From NCBI GenBank assembly GCA_001275005.1, contig JWZX01002202.1:1-40468 (forward strand): a DNA stretch of 40,468 nucleotides, read 5' to 3'. This document shows, piece after piece, positions 17,956 to 30,500 of the stretch. Position numbers and translations under genes: made by a program. Positions within the stretch are counted from its first letter, which is position 1. Every line of letters begins with the position of its first letter. The notes beneath the pieces are model-generated. The model was given only the letters and a program-made list of their open reading frames with translations. It was not told the origin of the DNA and did no database searches. The DNA is from Chrysochromulina tobinii. Its lineage: Eukaryota.

Positions 17956-20900
17956 ATGGCCAGCGACCGTGAGCTCGACGGCTGGCTCGCTAAGCTGGCC
18001 AAGGCCAAGTCGACCCGAACCAGCGCAGCTGCAGCGCCGCTTTGGCAGCGCCGCTTCTTCCAGCTCAAGGGCGACATGCTCTACTTTTGGAATACAGAGG
18101 AGGACGCAAAAGGCGGCCCAAGTACGGCCAAATGGTCGCTCGACCTCGGCGCGAAAGGTGCGCTGGCGACGCCGTTCAGCGATCCAACCCAGCCGCCGGA
18201 CGATAGCCGCATCGAGCTCATCGCCGGCGACGAGAAATTCTCATTCCAAGCCGACTCGGAGGTGGAGGCGGAGATGTGGATCGCCGCCCTCACCACGCCT
18301 TCGCGCAGCGGCGGCGGCGTTCCATCCGCGGCGACGCCGGCCGCGCCCGCAGGTGGCGGCTGCATGTTCGGCGGCATGGACATCTCGTCGGCGCCATCAG
18401 CGCCTCAGGCATCGGCATTCGACTTCATGGCAGGCGGCGCGACAGCCACTCCCGACATGTTTGGAGGCATGGCGACGGCGCCTGCGCCTGCGACCGCCTC
18501 CGGTTTCGACTTCATGTCTTCGCCTGCTGCGCCATCTCCCGCCACAGCCTCCGCCTTTGACTTCCTTGGTAGCGGTGCATCGGCCGCGCCACCGCCCGCC
18601 GCGCCGGGCGGCATGGATATGTTCATGGGCATGTCGGCCTCTCCCACCGCGACACTACCCGCTGCCGACGCGGAGGCGATCAAGACTGCCGAAAAGGAGA
18701 AGAGGAGGAAGGAGAAAGAAGCGAAGAAGGCCGCCGAGGCGGCGGCTGCCGCCGCTGCTGCCGCCGCGGCGGTGGTCGCGGTGCCCGACGAGGATCTGGA
18801 CTTGCAGCTCAAGGCGGCGGAGGCGGAGGTCGCGGCCTCCAACTTGGTGCAGAAGCGCCGTCTGCTCTACCTGATCCAAGCCGACTCCATCAAGAAGCGT
18901 GCCGCCCTCGCGGCTGATGTGGCGCGTTCACAGGCGGCGGTGCAGGCGGCGGTGCAGGCACAGGGTGAGGCGGCGATGGCGGAGGACTATGAGCGCGCGG
19001 CGGCACTCGGATCCCAGATCGAGTATCTCAAGAGCCAAGAGGCAGACGCCATCGCCGGCCAAGCGAAAGCGGCGAATGAGTATGATTCGGCAGAGATCCA
19101 GAAAGAGCAGGTGCAGCGAGCACACCCTATGCAGCCCCCCGCCTGCACTCCTTATTTTGGTGTGACAAAGCTTCCCAAAGCCCCGCTGCACCGCCGGCCC
19201 ACAGGGCTATCCCTCTCGGCTTCGCCCCACCCCCACCCCCAAGATCCCCCAATGGTCGCCCAACGCTCGATCTCGCGCCGCAGCTTGATCTCGAGGAGCT
19301 CCAGATTTTCCAATCGCATGCAGAGGACTGCCGCCGATGCCTCGTCGCTCGGGAGGAGAAGACGCGGCGCGAGGCCGCGACCGTCAATGCCGCCAACGAC
19401 TCCACCTCGAGCGCCCTCGCCGCCGAAAAGGGCCGTCTCGAGGCCGAGGAGGCGTCTTTGGCTGTGAAGGAGAAGGAGCTCGCCGCCAAGTCGGACGAAG
19501 CCGCCGCGGCCATTGGCCTCGAGACGGCGGACGTGACCAAGGAAAAGGAGGAGTGGATCGGCAAGCAGACCGCCTTTGAGGCCGAGATCGCCGAGCTCAT
19601 GCGCCAGCTTGAGCTCAAGAAGGCGGAGGTATGAGTGACACTTAGAGTGCCATTTAGAGCGCCTATGATGACGACCCCTGATCCGCCATGACAGCCTCCC
19701 TCATCATGATTGCCCCTCATCATGACTGCCTCCCTCATCATGATTGCCCCTCATCATGACTGCCTCCCTCATCATGATTGCCCCTCATCATGACTGCCTC
19801 CCTCATCATGATTGCCTCCCTCATCAGGCGAGCCAGTGCGTCGCGAACATCGCGCGCTGTGACGCCGTCATCGACGCTGCCAAGGCCAAGCACGGCAAGA
19901 CGCTCAAGAAGCTGAGCGAGAAGATGGAGAAGCTCGCGGCCTCACGCGAGGCGACCTCGCAGGCACGAGCCGCTGATTGCGCTCCGATTGCGATCTGATT
20001 TCGATCTGATTGCCATCTGATTGCCATCTGATTGCGATCTGATGGTCGTATGGTGACTAATGAGTGCCTCTGATGGCCTCTGATGGCCTCTGATGGCCTC
20101 TGATGAGCTCTGATGAGCTCGCAGGAGCGTGCCAAGTACGAGGGCGAGAGGGCCAAGCACGACGTCAGCCTGGCAAAGGCAGCCGCCGATCAGGCAGAGC
20201 GCGACGCCTGGATTGCATCCGCCGCCGCGGCACAGAGCGCGGCTGCCCAGCGCATCGAGGCGCATCGGAATGCATCGGCGCTCGCGGTGCGCGTGGTGCA
20301 AGCGGCCAAAGCCCTTGCGGCCCACAAGGCGAAGCGCACCGAGCAGCTTGCCGAGCTCGAGGGGGAGGTGGCCAAATGCCGCGCCGCGCAGCGGCAGCAC
20401 GGCGACCGCGCGCTGCAGCTCGAGGCCGAGAAGGATCTGCTCACACGCCAAATTGGGGCGGCTGAAGATGACCGTGTGCGCCTCGAGCTTGAAAAGAAGC
20501 TCGCGGCCTCCTCCCAAAAGTTTGCCGACGCGGCACGCCTCTCGGCGGAGCTCAAGGCGCTGATGACCAAGATCGACACCTCGCGCGCGTCGGTGGGCAC
20601 TCTGGCTGCCCAGGTGGAGGGCGAGCGCGCGACACAACTGGCGGAGGTGCGCCGTGAGGCGGATCTCGCGGCGGAGCTCAACTCGGAGACCAAGGAGCTC
20701 GACGAGGCAAAGTCTGTGTTGCTGCGCGAGCACCAGGGCGCGCTCGAGGCCCTCCTTCCTCAGGCGGAGTCGGCGCAGGCGGAGCTCCTCAGGCATGAGC
20801 TGGACGCTTGCAATGCGCAGCTGGTCGAACTGATGACGAAATGGAGCTTGAATGTCGAGGGCAGGCCGGTGGGCGCGCCGGCGGCCGCGGCCACCGCCAC

Positions 20901-21519
20901 TAAGGATGACAACAGCGACGATGACAGCGACGATGACAAGCCGGCCGTGCAACCGACGAGACCAGCACCAGCACCAGCACCAGCACCAGCACCAGCACCA
21001 GCACCGGCACCGGCACCAGCACCGGCACCAGCACCAGCACCGGCACCGACACCAGCGCCACCGGCGGCCGCTGCTAAGGATGACGATAGCGACGATAGCG
21101 ACGACGACAAGCCGGCTATGCCGGCACCCGCAACGCCAACGGCGCCAGCGCCAGCGCCAGCGCCAGCGCCAGCGCCAGACGATGATGACAGCGACGATGG
21201 CAAGCCAGCCGCGCCGGCGCCACCACCACCAGAGCCAGCGCCCGCGCCCGCTGCCGCCAGTGCTTTCGACTTCGTAGCGGCGCCCGCGGCGGCGGCGCCG
21301 CCTGCCGCACAGGCTCCACCGGCTGCGGAGGCGGCGCAGATGCCGGACGCCGCCGGCGGCGTGGCTGAGCAGATTGCGGAGCTGCGGCGGCAGAAAGACA
21401 AGGCAGAAGAGCAAATGCAGGCGGCCGTTGACAATGACGACTTTGACGAAGCGGATCGGTTGCAGACCGTCCTCGCGGATCTGGATACGAAAATGGCCGA
21501 GCTCGAGCCATCGCAGTGA
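17956..21519 (+). CDS. PH-domain, coiled-coil and UVR-motif protein (~1009 aa); exons 17956-19110, 19284-19628, 19828-19962, 20125-21519
   Basis: PH: LDGWLAK...WQRRFFQLKGDMLYFW...FSFQADSEVEAEMWIAAL. UVR-like motifs AMAEDYERAAAL and AVDNDDFDEADRL. All three introns are phase 0 (two GT-AG, the third GC-AG) and restore one frame. Confidence 0.8.
19696..19827 (+). repeat. Intronic tandem repeat of CCTCATCATGA(T/C)TGC units ending in the acceptor CCTCATCAG
   Basis: Seven TCATCATGA-containing units within intron 19629-19827. Confidence 0.85.
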
Positions 21520-22080
21520 GTCTCGCCGGGATAGCCGAGGTTGATCGCAGTGAGCCTCGCGAGGGCTATGCCTCCGGGCGTGTGGCGTTGTGCGGGGGAA
21601 TGTAAGGGGGAATGTGGCAAGCGTGCCCTCCGTGTGAGGACGCAGCACTCGCGCGGGAGGGGCGACACGTCACGTGATCGGGCGAGCGCCGAGACAGCTC
21701 CGTGGTGTGCTATGCAAGACGCGGGGCCGAATGACAGCGCCAGTCATCGACGCGGCTCGCGGGCCGGGAAGGGGGCTGAGCCTGTGGCGCGCCACGGGTT
21801 CGCGGGTATTGGAATATACGACGGAATCGATAAGATGATGCTGGTCCTAAATGCTAAATTAGTAGGGAGTGAAGAGTCAACTCAAGTCTATAAACTGTAA
21901 CTTATAACCACACAGAAACGCCAACCGTTGGATGTGACTTGACTTGACTTATATTCATATTCCTAATTACCGGTAGGCCAGTCCTTTGCTGCGTGAAGAT
22001 CGCAAGCAAGCGCACATGCTCCGGGCTTGTGGGTGTGTGCCTGGCCGAGAGGGCCCTGAAACGGAACGGGAACGGTGAAG

Positions 22081-23451
22081 ATGGCACGCGATACGTCCTG
22101 CGGCGTCGAGGATGGCGACGACACCGATGACGGCAACAGCAGCTACAAGGGCGTGGCAGATGACGACGATGACGACGAGCCGCAGCATGAGGGATTTCTT
22201 TCCCGCGTGGCTCGGATCGCAGCACCATCGCGAATGCTGCGCCGGGGCGAAGTCGCAGGCGCCCTCGGCGATCTCGGCACTTTCCTACCGGACGTGGTCG
22301 CGCTTTCCAAAGGCGGCGTCACGCTTCTTCCCGAACCCGCGGCGATGGTCTTCTTCAGCGGCCTGTGGTCTGCTTGGGCGGGCGTGCTCTTCGACCTGCC
22401 GATGCCCATCCAGCCGATGCACGCGGTGGTGGCAGTCGCATTGACCGAGGGGCTCTCGTACCCTCAGATGGTCGCCTCGACGGTGTGGCTCGGCGGCGCG
22501 TTCCTCGTCCTCGGCAGCCTCGGGCTCATCAGCTGGTGCCAGCGCGTCATCCCGCTCTCCGTCGTGCGCGGCCTGCAGCTGGGCCTCGGCCTCAAGGTCT
22601 TCGCGACCGGCGTGACCCTTGCGCTTACAAGTTGCAAGGAGTGGCGCACCTCCACCGAGAGCGCCCTGGAGCTCGGACTGCTCGTCATCTCCGCCGCGCT
22701 CGCCGCCCTCTTGTATGGCGATCGGCTGCGCCCTGCGTCTCTCGTCCTCTTTGTCCTCGGACTCGTGAGAGCCGTGGTCGTGCTTGCCCGGCATGGCGCG
22801 CCAAGCGTCGAATGGGGCGTGTACCTGCCGCTGGCGCCGCTCAACCCATTGGAGATCAGCGCGGACGATTGGATGCAAGCGCTCTACCGCGCAGCCCTCC
22901 CTCAGCTCCCGGTCACCCTCCTCAATGCGGTGATCTCGACGGCAAGGCTCGCGTCTGACCTGTACCCAGCGAGAGGGCGTCGCCGTGCCGCCCACCGCAA
23001 GGCGCGAGGGGAGGGCGCATGCTGCACCGATCCGGTGGTGGATCAAGGGCCTGCAACAGTCACGACGATCGCGATGAGCATCGGTCTGATGAACTTGAGT
23101 ACCGGCTGGTTGGGTCACTTTCCTAGTTGCCACGGCTGCGGCGGCCTCGCCGCTCAGCATCTCTTCGGTGCGCGCACGGGCTCTTCCATGATGCTGATGG
23201 GCTTTGTCAAGATGGCGCTCGCACTCGCGCTCGGCCCCTCACTCGCCACGGTGCTCGCCGCCTTCCCCAACGCGGTCCTCGGCGTGCTGCTCGCGCTCTC
23301 TGGCGTTGAGCTCGCAATATCCTGCCGCGACATGTCCGAGAAGCGCGACACGGCGGTGATGCTCATCGGCGCGGGCCTCGTGCTGCGCGCGGGCACCGGG
23401 CCCGCGTTCGTTGTGTCGCTGCTCGCGGCCGCGGGGCTGAAGAGATCTTGA
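22081..23451 (+). CDS. MOT1: Molybdate transporter, MOT1 family
   Basis: GEVAGALGDLGTFLP, PMPIQPM, PLSVVRGLQLGLGL, QLPVTLLNAVI, PSCHGCGGLAAQHLFGARTG and FPNAVLGVLL..SGVELA are MOT1-family motifs. Confidence 0.92.
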   Translation: MARDTSCGVEDGDDTDDGNSSYKGVADDDDDDEPQHEGFLSRVARIAAPSRMLRRGEVAGALGDLGTFLPDVVALSKGGVTLLPEPAAMVFFSGLWSAWAGVLFDLPMPIQPMHAVVAVALTEGLSYPQMVASTVWLGGAFLVLGSLGLISWCQRVIPLSVVRGLQLGLGLKVFATGVTLALTSCKEWRTSTESALELGLLVISAALAALLYGDRLRPASLVLFVLGLVRAVVVLARHGAPSVEWGVYLPLAPLNPLEISADDWMQALYRAALPQLPVTLLNAVISTARLASDLYPARGRRRAAHRKARGEGACCTDPVVDQGPATVTTIAMSIGLMNLSTGWLGHFPSCHGCGGLAAQHLFGARTGSSMMLMGFVKMALALALGPSLATVLAAFPNAVLGVLLALSGVELAISCRDMSEKRDTAVMLIGAGLVLRAGTGPAFVVSLLAAAGLKRS

Positions 23452-23970
23452 CCCCTGCTGTGGGCCTGCTCCCCAAAGGCGGTTGGGGTAGATCAAAGTT
23501 CCTCTCGTCTCAGGCGGCCCTACGTGTGCGGTGGAGGGGTCTTCGTCGATGTTCTTGCGCGCGTTGCGGCTTGCGCGCGCCACGGTCGAGATCCCGGGGC
23601 TGACAGCCGCGGGCCCGCGGCCCCGGGGTCCCGTCCGGTGGGCCGCGGGGCCGGCCCCCGGGTCGCGCGCGGGTCGGTGGCGCGCCGGGACGCGCCGGCG
23701 GGCGGGCCGGGCGGTGTTCCTGTTCGTCCGGTGTTCCCGGCAGGGATTTACGCCTTTAATGATTGTGTGTTTGTGAACAAATTCGTGCAACGTGTCGTGC
23801 GTTGTAGAGTCGACGATTTCCGATACAAGCGTCAAGCCGAGCGCGGTCCACCCAGCGCTTCCGTACCCGCGCGCACCGCCCTTCGAGCCGGTTGCTTCCG
23901 CGTACGTTGAACGTTAGTTGCGTTGCCGCCCGGCGCGCCCCCGAAGTGACAACTACATCCACTAACCACG

Positions 23971-24001
23971 AACGCCTCAGCGTTAGAAACAACCGGGCTA
24001 G
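23971..24001 (+). mobile_element. Possible Helitron-like 3' terminus (hairpin, then CTAG|T)
   Basis: AACGC-ctca-GCGTT hairpin, 13 nt, then CTAG at 23998-24001 followed by T. The first 25 nt are identical to 12073-12097. Confidence 0.35.
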
Positions 24002-24155
24002 TACGCGGCTGAGTACGACAGTGCGCGCCTGCCCGTGTCTCAAAGCTCGCACGCCCCACGAGGTGCTTGCCATGAGAGCGCATTACGTAGTACCGGCACT
24101 GGAGGTACCGGTGGGGCCACAGGAGCGCGGCGTGGACTCAAGTGTGCAGCTCTCG

Positions 24156-27100
24156 TCACGCGCCCATCGTTGCCGCCTTTTGTGGCGACGGCTCAGCGGC
24201 GCCCGCATCCTTTTGCGAGGACCAGTGCGACACGATCACGCGTCGGTGCGGCGCGTCGGCGGCGAACCTGTCGTCGAACAGTCCGATTACCTGCGCCATC
24301 AGTGGCAACCGGAGGTCATCAGTGGCAATCGGAGGTCGTTAGTGGCGAACGCAGGTCCTCGGTGGCAGTCGGAGGTCATCAGTGGGGATCTCACCTGCGT
24401 CAGCTCGAGCTCGCGCACCGCACGGGCCAGCTGAGCTTCATGCTGGAACCGATAGGTCCCCTCGACGAGCTCGCCCCATATTTGGGAGGTCTCCTGCTGG
24501 AGAGTCTTGGGTTGCTCATCGAGCAGCGCCGATACGGCGCTCTGGTACTCCGCGAAGCTCGAGGTTGACAGCTCGGCGAGCGGGCCGCTGCGGAATTCGC
24601 GCATCCAGCTCTCAATCTCGGCCTCGAGCTGCGCCGGAGGTTGCACGCTCGATTGGATGAGGACGGTGAGACCCCGTGACGTGCCCACCGAGCGCACGGA
24701 GCACTGCACAACGTACCCGAGCTGCTTTTGGGTGCGCAGCACGTGGAATGCATGCTTCGAGGCCACCTGCGCGAGCACAAGCAGCTGGGCCTCCTCTTGC
24801 AAGCTCAGCGTCGTGCCCACCTGCATGAAGAGCTCGATGGCCGAATTACTCTCGGCCGCGTTTACAGCGACGCCGCTCAAGCGTGTGGGTTGTCCGCCCA
24901 ACTCGACGCTCGTCGGCAGCAGCGCCGTGGACGGGAGCGGCGCGCAGTCGGGTGGGAGCGGCGTGGAGCCGGCGAGAGCTTCCCGCCACTGGCGTCCGAG
25001 GGTGCGTGCATGCATCGGGAGCAGGTTGCCATGCACGAACATCTCGACGAAATTGGCCTGCAGCATCTCTCGGAGATGCTCGGCGACCGCATCTACGGTG
25101 CACGAGTCCGAGAGCGCGAACGCCTGCCCAACACGGGATGTAATCACGCAGCATCAACGAGTCGCTCATCAGGGGTTCATCAGGGGCTCATCAGTGGCTC
25201 ATCAGTGGCTCATCAGGGGCATCAGGGGCTCGTCAGGGGCTCATCAGGGGCCCCGATCGATCGCTCGGCTCACCAGCGCGGCCTCATGATGCGTCGCAGG
25301 CACCGTCAAGTGATGCGTGATCGCGTACTGCGCGTGCCACAAGGGTCGCTCCTGCTGACGGTTACGCAAGGAGCGCATTAGGATCTCCCGCAGGACCTCG
25401 AAGCGCTCGGCTTTGGGTTGGAACGCGGCGAGCGCGCGCGCGAGATCGAGCGAGAGCTGCGGCAGCCGCTGCGAGTAGCCGCTCGCCTGCACCAGCAGCC
25501 CTCCCTGGTGTGAGCTTACTGACCAGCTGAGCCCGGCGAGCGCGCACGGTGCGAGCGTCGTGGTGAGCGCATCCACGAGCAGGTCAGTACCGAGCTGCGA
25601 CAGCACCGCGGCCCGCGCGCTCGCGGCGCCGGCCTGCGACACGAGCGGCGTGCGCACGAGCGTGAGGATGGAGGCGCGCGGTCGCCCGAAACGGCCACTG
25701 TCGAGATGCCACACTCGCACGCCCTCAGCGGCTTCGTCAAAGTCACTCGTGAGTCGGGAAGGCGAGCGTCCCCAGAAGCCCTCCGCCGCCTCGCGCGTCG
25801 GCTGCTCAGCACAAAGAGGTCCAACCAGCGCTCATCAGAGGATATCAGAGGTCGCAAGAGGTCACCAGCGGTCATCAGCGGCCCTCAGCGGTCACAAGAG
25901 GTCACAAGAGGTCATCGGAGGTCATCGGAGGTCATCGGAGGTCATCGGAGGTCATCGGAGGTCATCGGAGGTCATCGGAGGTCATCGGAGGTCATCAAGC
26001 TCACCTGTTCAAGCATGGAGAGGTCCGATGGCACGTATGGATTCGGCGGGGGCAGCCGTAGCTCTGGATGGGGCGTCGCCATCGCACACGCTCGGCGGAG
26101 GGACTCTGGCAGCGGCTGGAGCTCATATGGGGTCGCGTACCACCGTTCAGTCGAGGGAGTCTGCAGCGGCGAGGGCGAGACCAACAGCGTGAGCATCTCG
26201 GACGGGTCATTCAAATCTGTGAGGAGACTATGCAGCTGCGCGGCAGTGCTGCCCGCATCTGCCGGGTCACCCATCCCGTGCGGCCACTCAAACGGCAAAG
26301 AGAGCACGCGCTCAGGACGACGCTCGTACAAGTGCAGTCGACCGGCGAGCGCCTTGACGAGCGGCACCTGATGAAGGACGCACTCCGAAAGGCCGTCAGA
26401 CGCCATCGGAAGCTATCAGAAGCCCTCGGAGGTCATCGGGGGTCCTCAAAAGAGGCCATCAGAGGCCATCGGAGGACATCGGAGGACATCGGAGGCCATC
26501 GCACCGGCTCCGATTGCTCCGCGTACGCGAACGCGATCCGCGACATGGCCGCACGCTCGTCGAAGAGGTATTGCGGGATGCCGGGGCCGCCCGGGGCGGC
26601 CTGCTTGGTGAGCATGCGCACATAGCCGAACACGAGCTCCATCGCGTCTCCGTATTTGGCAAGTCCTTCGGGAGTTAAAGTGAGCGTGATCCCGTACAGC
26701 GTGGCATCGCTCATCCCGTACAATGGTCCGCAAGAGAGCGAGGTCGCGAGCGGCGGGTCGAGCCGTTGGGTGAGCAGCCACGCCAGCCCCCCTTCGCCCT
26801 CGAAGCTGAGCATCGACGAGAGCAGCCGCATCGCCTTGCTCTCTGCGAACTCGGCCTCCGGAGGGACTTCCCACAGCAACCGCAGCAGGCGCGTCTCGCG
26901 AACAGGCGTCGCACGCAGCAGGCCGCCACGCTGCTTGTCCGAGAAGGGGCCGCGTGGGAGCGCTGTGTTGGGCGTGTCTGCGACGCCTGCGACCACCGCC
27001 GCCGTCTCGGCCACCACCGCCGCCATCGCCGCATCCTGTACAGCAGCAGCCAGCTCGTCGGCGACGCCCGCGTCGTCGGCGACGTTCGGCGCCGTGCTGG

Positions 27101-27310
27101 GCGCGACCACTCCGCCACGCAGCCCGCCAAAGTGGCGCACCACGCACGCCTCGAGCTCGTCGAGGGAGATCGCGCCGAGCACGCACAAGTGCATCGCCTC
27201 GGCTCGGTAATGGGTTTGGTAGAATCGCCGAACTGCCTCGTGGGGCGCCTCAAGCCTGCTGCTGCTGCTGACGGAGTCGGCTACACCGCCGTCCTCTGCA
27301 TGGTGGGCAC

Positions 27311-27354
<44 letters not shown>

Positions 27355-27371
27355 GGTGAGGCAACGGCTTG

Positions 27372-27404
<33 letters not shown>

Positions 27405-28145
27405 CCCTATGGTCTCGATCTCGGTCTCGATCTCGATCTCGCCGCCCTCGCCCGCGAGGGTCTCGAGGTTACCCGTAGAGAACTTGCGAAAGGGATGGCC
27501 ATCTGCGCTCGTGGTCTTGAGGAGCTGAAAGAGGCGACGGGAGTCATCCTGCAGGTTGCGCCGGTACTCCGAGTCCACAGCGCGCATCTCACGCCGTGTC
27601 GAGTCCTCCCGAAGCAACGGGCACGAGAAGAAGGCGCTGAACCTCTCGAGCGCGGCGGGAAGCTGCGACGGGTGGACTGAGAAGTGGAAGCCGGTGGACT
27701 CCATGCCGGTGAATGCGTTGGACGAGCCGCCGTGCTTCTGCAGGAACGCTTTGAACGCACCCTCGTCCGGCTCCACTTCCGTGCCAAGGAACATCATGTG
27801 CTCGGTCAGATGTGCGAGGCCTGCCCGGTCCAGCGGGTCGCTAAAATGGCCCGCACGCACCTCGATGGCTGCGGCGGCGCGATCGGCTTCCGCGTCGTGC
27901 ACGAGCAGCGCACGCAGCCCGTTGGCGAGCGTCACGTGCCGATAAGTGCGCGTGTCCAGTGGCGGCGCGCGCACACTCTCCGTGCGCTCGACGATCAGCT
28001 GCTCAATATCGACGGCGATCGCCGTCGATGTGGTGTGGCGGCTGCCGCCGCGGATGTGTGGCAGCCGTTGCAGGCTCGGTGTCACCGCGTACGAGCGTAC
28101 GAGCGGTGAGGTGAGGCCGACGAGGCTCACGAGCAGACGGCGCAT
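24156..28145 (-). CDS. Peptidase M16A (insulinase/pitrilysin/IDE-like), ~1131 aa; exons 28145-26505, 26367-26005, 25801-25274, 25123-24395, 24290-24156
   Basis: GLAHLTEHMMFLGT (HxxEH), GGSSNAFT, REMRAVDSE, HPFRKFSTGNLETL, ERWYATPY, LRLPPPNPYVP and FHVLRTQKQLGYVV. Four phase-0 GT-AG introns join the ORF pieces. Hydrophobic N-terminal leader. Confidence 0.92.
25821..25997. repeat. Intronic 10-bp tandem repeat (GTCATCGGAG x8 plus degenerate units)
   Basis: Exact copies at 25911-25990. The same period extends to ~25821, within intron 26004-25802. Confidence 0.95.
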
Positions 28146-28962
28146 CCGCGCTCGCGTCCGAATGCGCGTTTGCAGCTCCGCGCGAGCGCGCCCGTCCTCT
28201 TCGCTGACCAATTTTCCAGTGGAACGCCCAATTGGGAACGCCTCGCTGCAAGCTCTGTGGAACGAAGCCTGTACGTGCCGTGTACGGTCTAGGGGGCGTG
28301 TCCCTGGCGTAATCTGTCTCACCTGACACATCGGGCGAAGCAACGGCCCGCACTGCATTATAATTCTTCCCATGTAAACACGACTGCGTTGAGATAGGAG
28401 AGTGTGTGAATCCAGAAAGAATACCTTCCCCTACCCCTTTGGGTCAAATGGCGCCAAGTTTCGTCTCTTTCTACGGCACCGGGCTGACGATCAGGCTGAC
28501 GATACCCGGCAGCAGCACGGCGCGCAAACCGCGAATCGCGTTGAATCGCGATCGCGCGACCGCGAACGTTCAACGTACCGCGGCCGGACACACGCGGCAC
28601 GGCACCTCCACCGCGACCTTGTGGCTGCGAACCTCTCCTCACAACCTCTATCTCTCGTGGCACCGCTCGCATGTACGCGTCGCCGTCCGGGTCTCGCGCG
28701 TTCTCAGTTCCGTCGCATCTCGGGTTTTCGCCTCTCGCCGTTCCGTCGGTTCTCGCGCCGCGCGGCGAAGTGTACACTGTACACGCTCGCGTCGGCCCGG
28801 GCGGAATGATTTACCGATAAGTGGTTCTTGAACGGGAGAGCGAAGACCCGCTCCGTTTTCTCGTCCGCGGTCCCACAGGGCGACGAGGGCAAGGCCGCCT
28901 GGGCGGGCGCGGGCGCTCTGGGATGATGTTGATGATCATGTATGCATGCAACTGCACAGCTC

Positions 28963-29965
28963 TCACGGACCAAAGGGGTCAAATCCGAAGCCGCCACCAG
29001 CCCCCGACCCGGCATCTGTCGACCACGGCAAGCCGGCGGCGTCGCCTGTGCCGCTCAGGCGGGGTTGCACGTTGCGCCCGGTCGGGTCGTCAGATTGTCC
29101 GTCGAGGGAGCGCACCCGTAGACGATCGCTTGCAGGGGCGTTGGCGAGCTCCGGGATGGTCCGACGCTTCTCATCGGGCAGCCGCTCATTCGTGCAGTGC
29201 GTCGCGATGTGCCCGTGCTGACCGCATCGAAAGCATAAGTTCTGAGGGCACTCGTTCAGATAGTGATCGGCCGCCACCTTGCACTTGGCGCAGACATATG
29301 AGGGCGGCGGCCGCTTACCGGCAGAGAGCCCGCCGGGGCGCGCGACGTTCGCTGCGCCCGCGGCCGCGGCACTCAGCTGGGCCGCGGCGCTCATCTTCTG
29401 GTCCGTGTTGCGGTCGCGCCCGGCGCGCAACGGGTGGCCTTTGGGGCAGTGGCTCTCTTCACACGCGCAGTTCACAGCATGGATCGCCGGGTCGACCCCA
29501 TGAAAGCGCGAGCAGGAGAGCTTGTGCCGGCACCGGTCGCCGTACCGGCATTGCTCGGGCGCCCTGAAGCGAGCGAGGTTAGTGTCAGAGACACCCGGCT
29601 TGCCTCCTCCGCTCTTCATGTTGCCTGCGGCCTGTGTTGCTCCGAGTGGATTCAGGTCCTCGGGACCGCGGAACACCTGCGACGACGCACACACGAGGAC
29701 GCACACACGAGGAGCACACACGAGGAGCACACACGAGGAGGGCGTCAGTTGGGCTTGCAAGTTGTCGGGCAAACCGCCTGGCATAGGGACGTGCGCCGCA
29801 TTCATGTAGGCAAGTTGGTGTATTCCACGGCGGTGGGGCAGACCTGCTCGCGCCAGAAGCCGAGATAAAACGAGCCGTCGAAGAAGGCAAACTCGCCGAT
29901 CAACGGGTGCACATCGAGCTTGGCGGGGATCGCGGATTCGGCACTGGCGCCCAAGGCTGCCTGTG

Positions 29966-30003
<38 letters not shown>

Positions 30004-30096
30004 GCCTGCTGCTGCGCCTGCTGCTGCGCCTGCTGCTGCGCCTGCTGCTGCGCCTGCTGCTGCTGCTGCTGCTGCTGCTGCGCCTGCTGCTGCTGT

Positions 30097-30146
<50 letters not shown>

Positions 30147-30500
30147 TTGCGCCTGGGCTTGCGCCCGGGCTTGCGCTTGCTGTTGAAGTAGGAGCTGCTG
30201 TTGCTGCTGCATGAGCAGCTGCTGCTGTTGCTGCTGCTGCAGGAGCTGCTGTTGCTGCTCGCTTCCTCCCGTGATGACGCCACCGCCACCACCGCCGAGA
30301 CCCAGCAACCCACCCGGCGGCATGCCGGCACCGGCTGCCTTGGCGAGTGCCGCAAAGAGCCCTTCCATGCCTCCAGACAGGTTCGGGCTCGGCTGCTGCG
30401 GCGGAAAGCCCGGAGGCATACCGGGAGGGATTTGCATGCTCAACGGCGGTGGTAGGGGTGGAATCGAGCCGTCGGGCATCCACTGCTGCTGCTGGTTCAT
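28963..30500 (-). CDS. PolyQ protein with CCCH-like and CCHC zinc-knuckle motifs (~456 aa); exons 30500-29844, 29676-28963
   Basis: MNQQQQW start and long Q/QA tract. CRYGDRCRHKLSCSRFH, PPPSYVCAKCKVAADHYLNECP and CFRCGQHGHIATHC. A phase-0 GT-AG intron (29843-29677) links the two ORFs. Confidence 0.82.
29964..30259. repeat. CTG/CAG trinucleotide tract encoding polyglutamine
   Basis: Directly visible, interrupted by GCG (Ala) and CAA codons. Confidence 0.95.

Noticed and set aside
19629..20124. TGATGA/CTGA motifs as box C/D snoRNAs
   Set aside because: The motifs are parts of degenerate tandem repeats found in many introns, with no single C...D unit or guide region.
19942..21648. Long antisense or alternative-frame ORFs (19942-21648 -, 13696-14892 +, 13485-14705 -, 5' part of 2045-3385 +, 7504-8523 +)
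   Set aside because: These are shadow ORFs expected in high-GC coding DNA. They have Arg/Trp/Cys-rich low-complexity translations and overlap better-supported genes.
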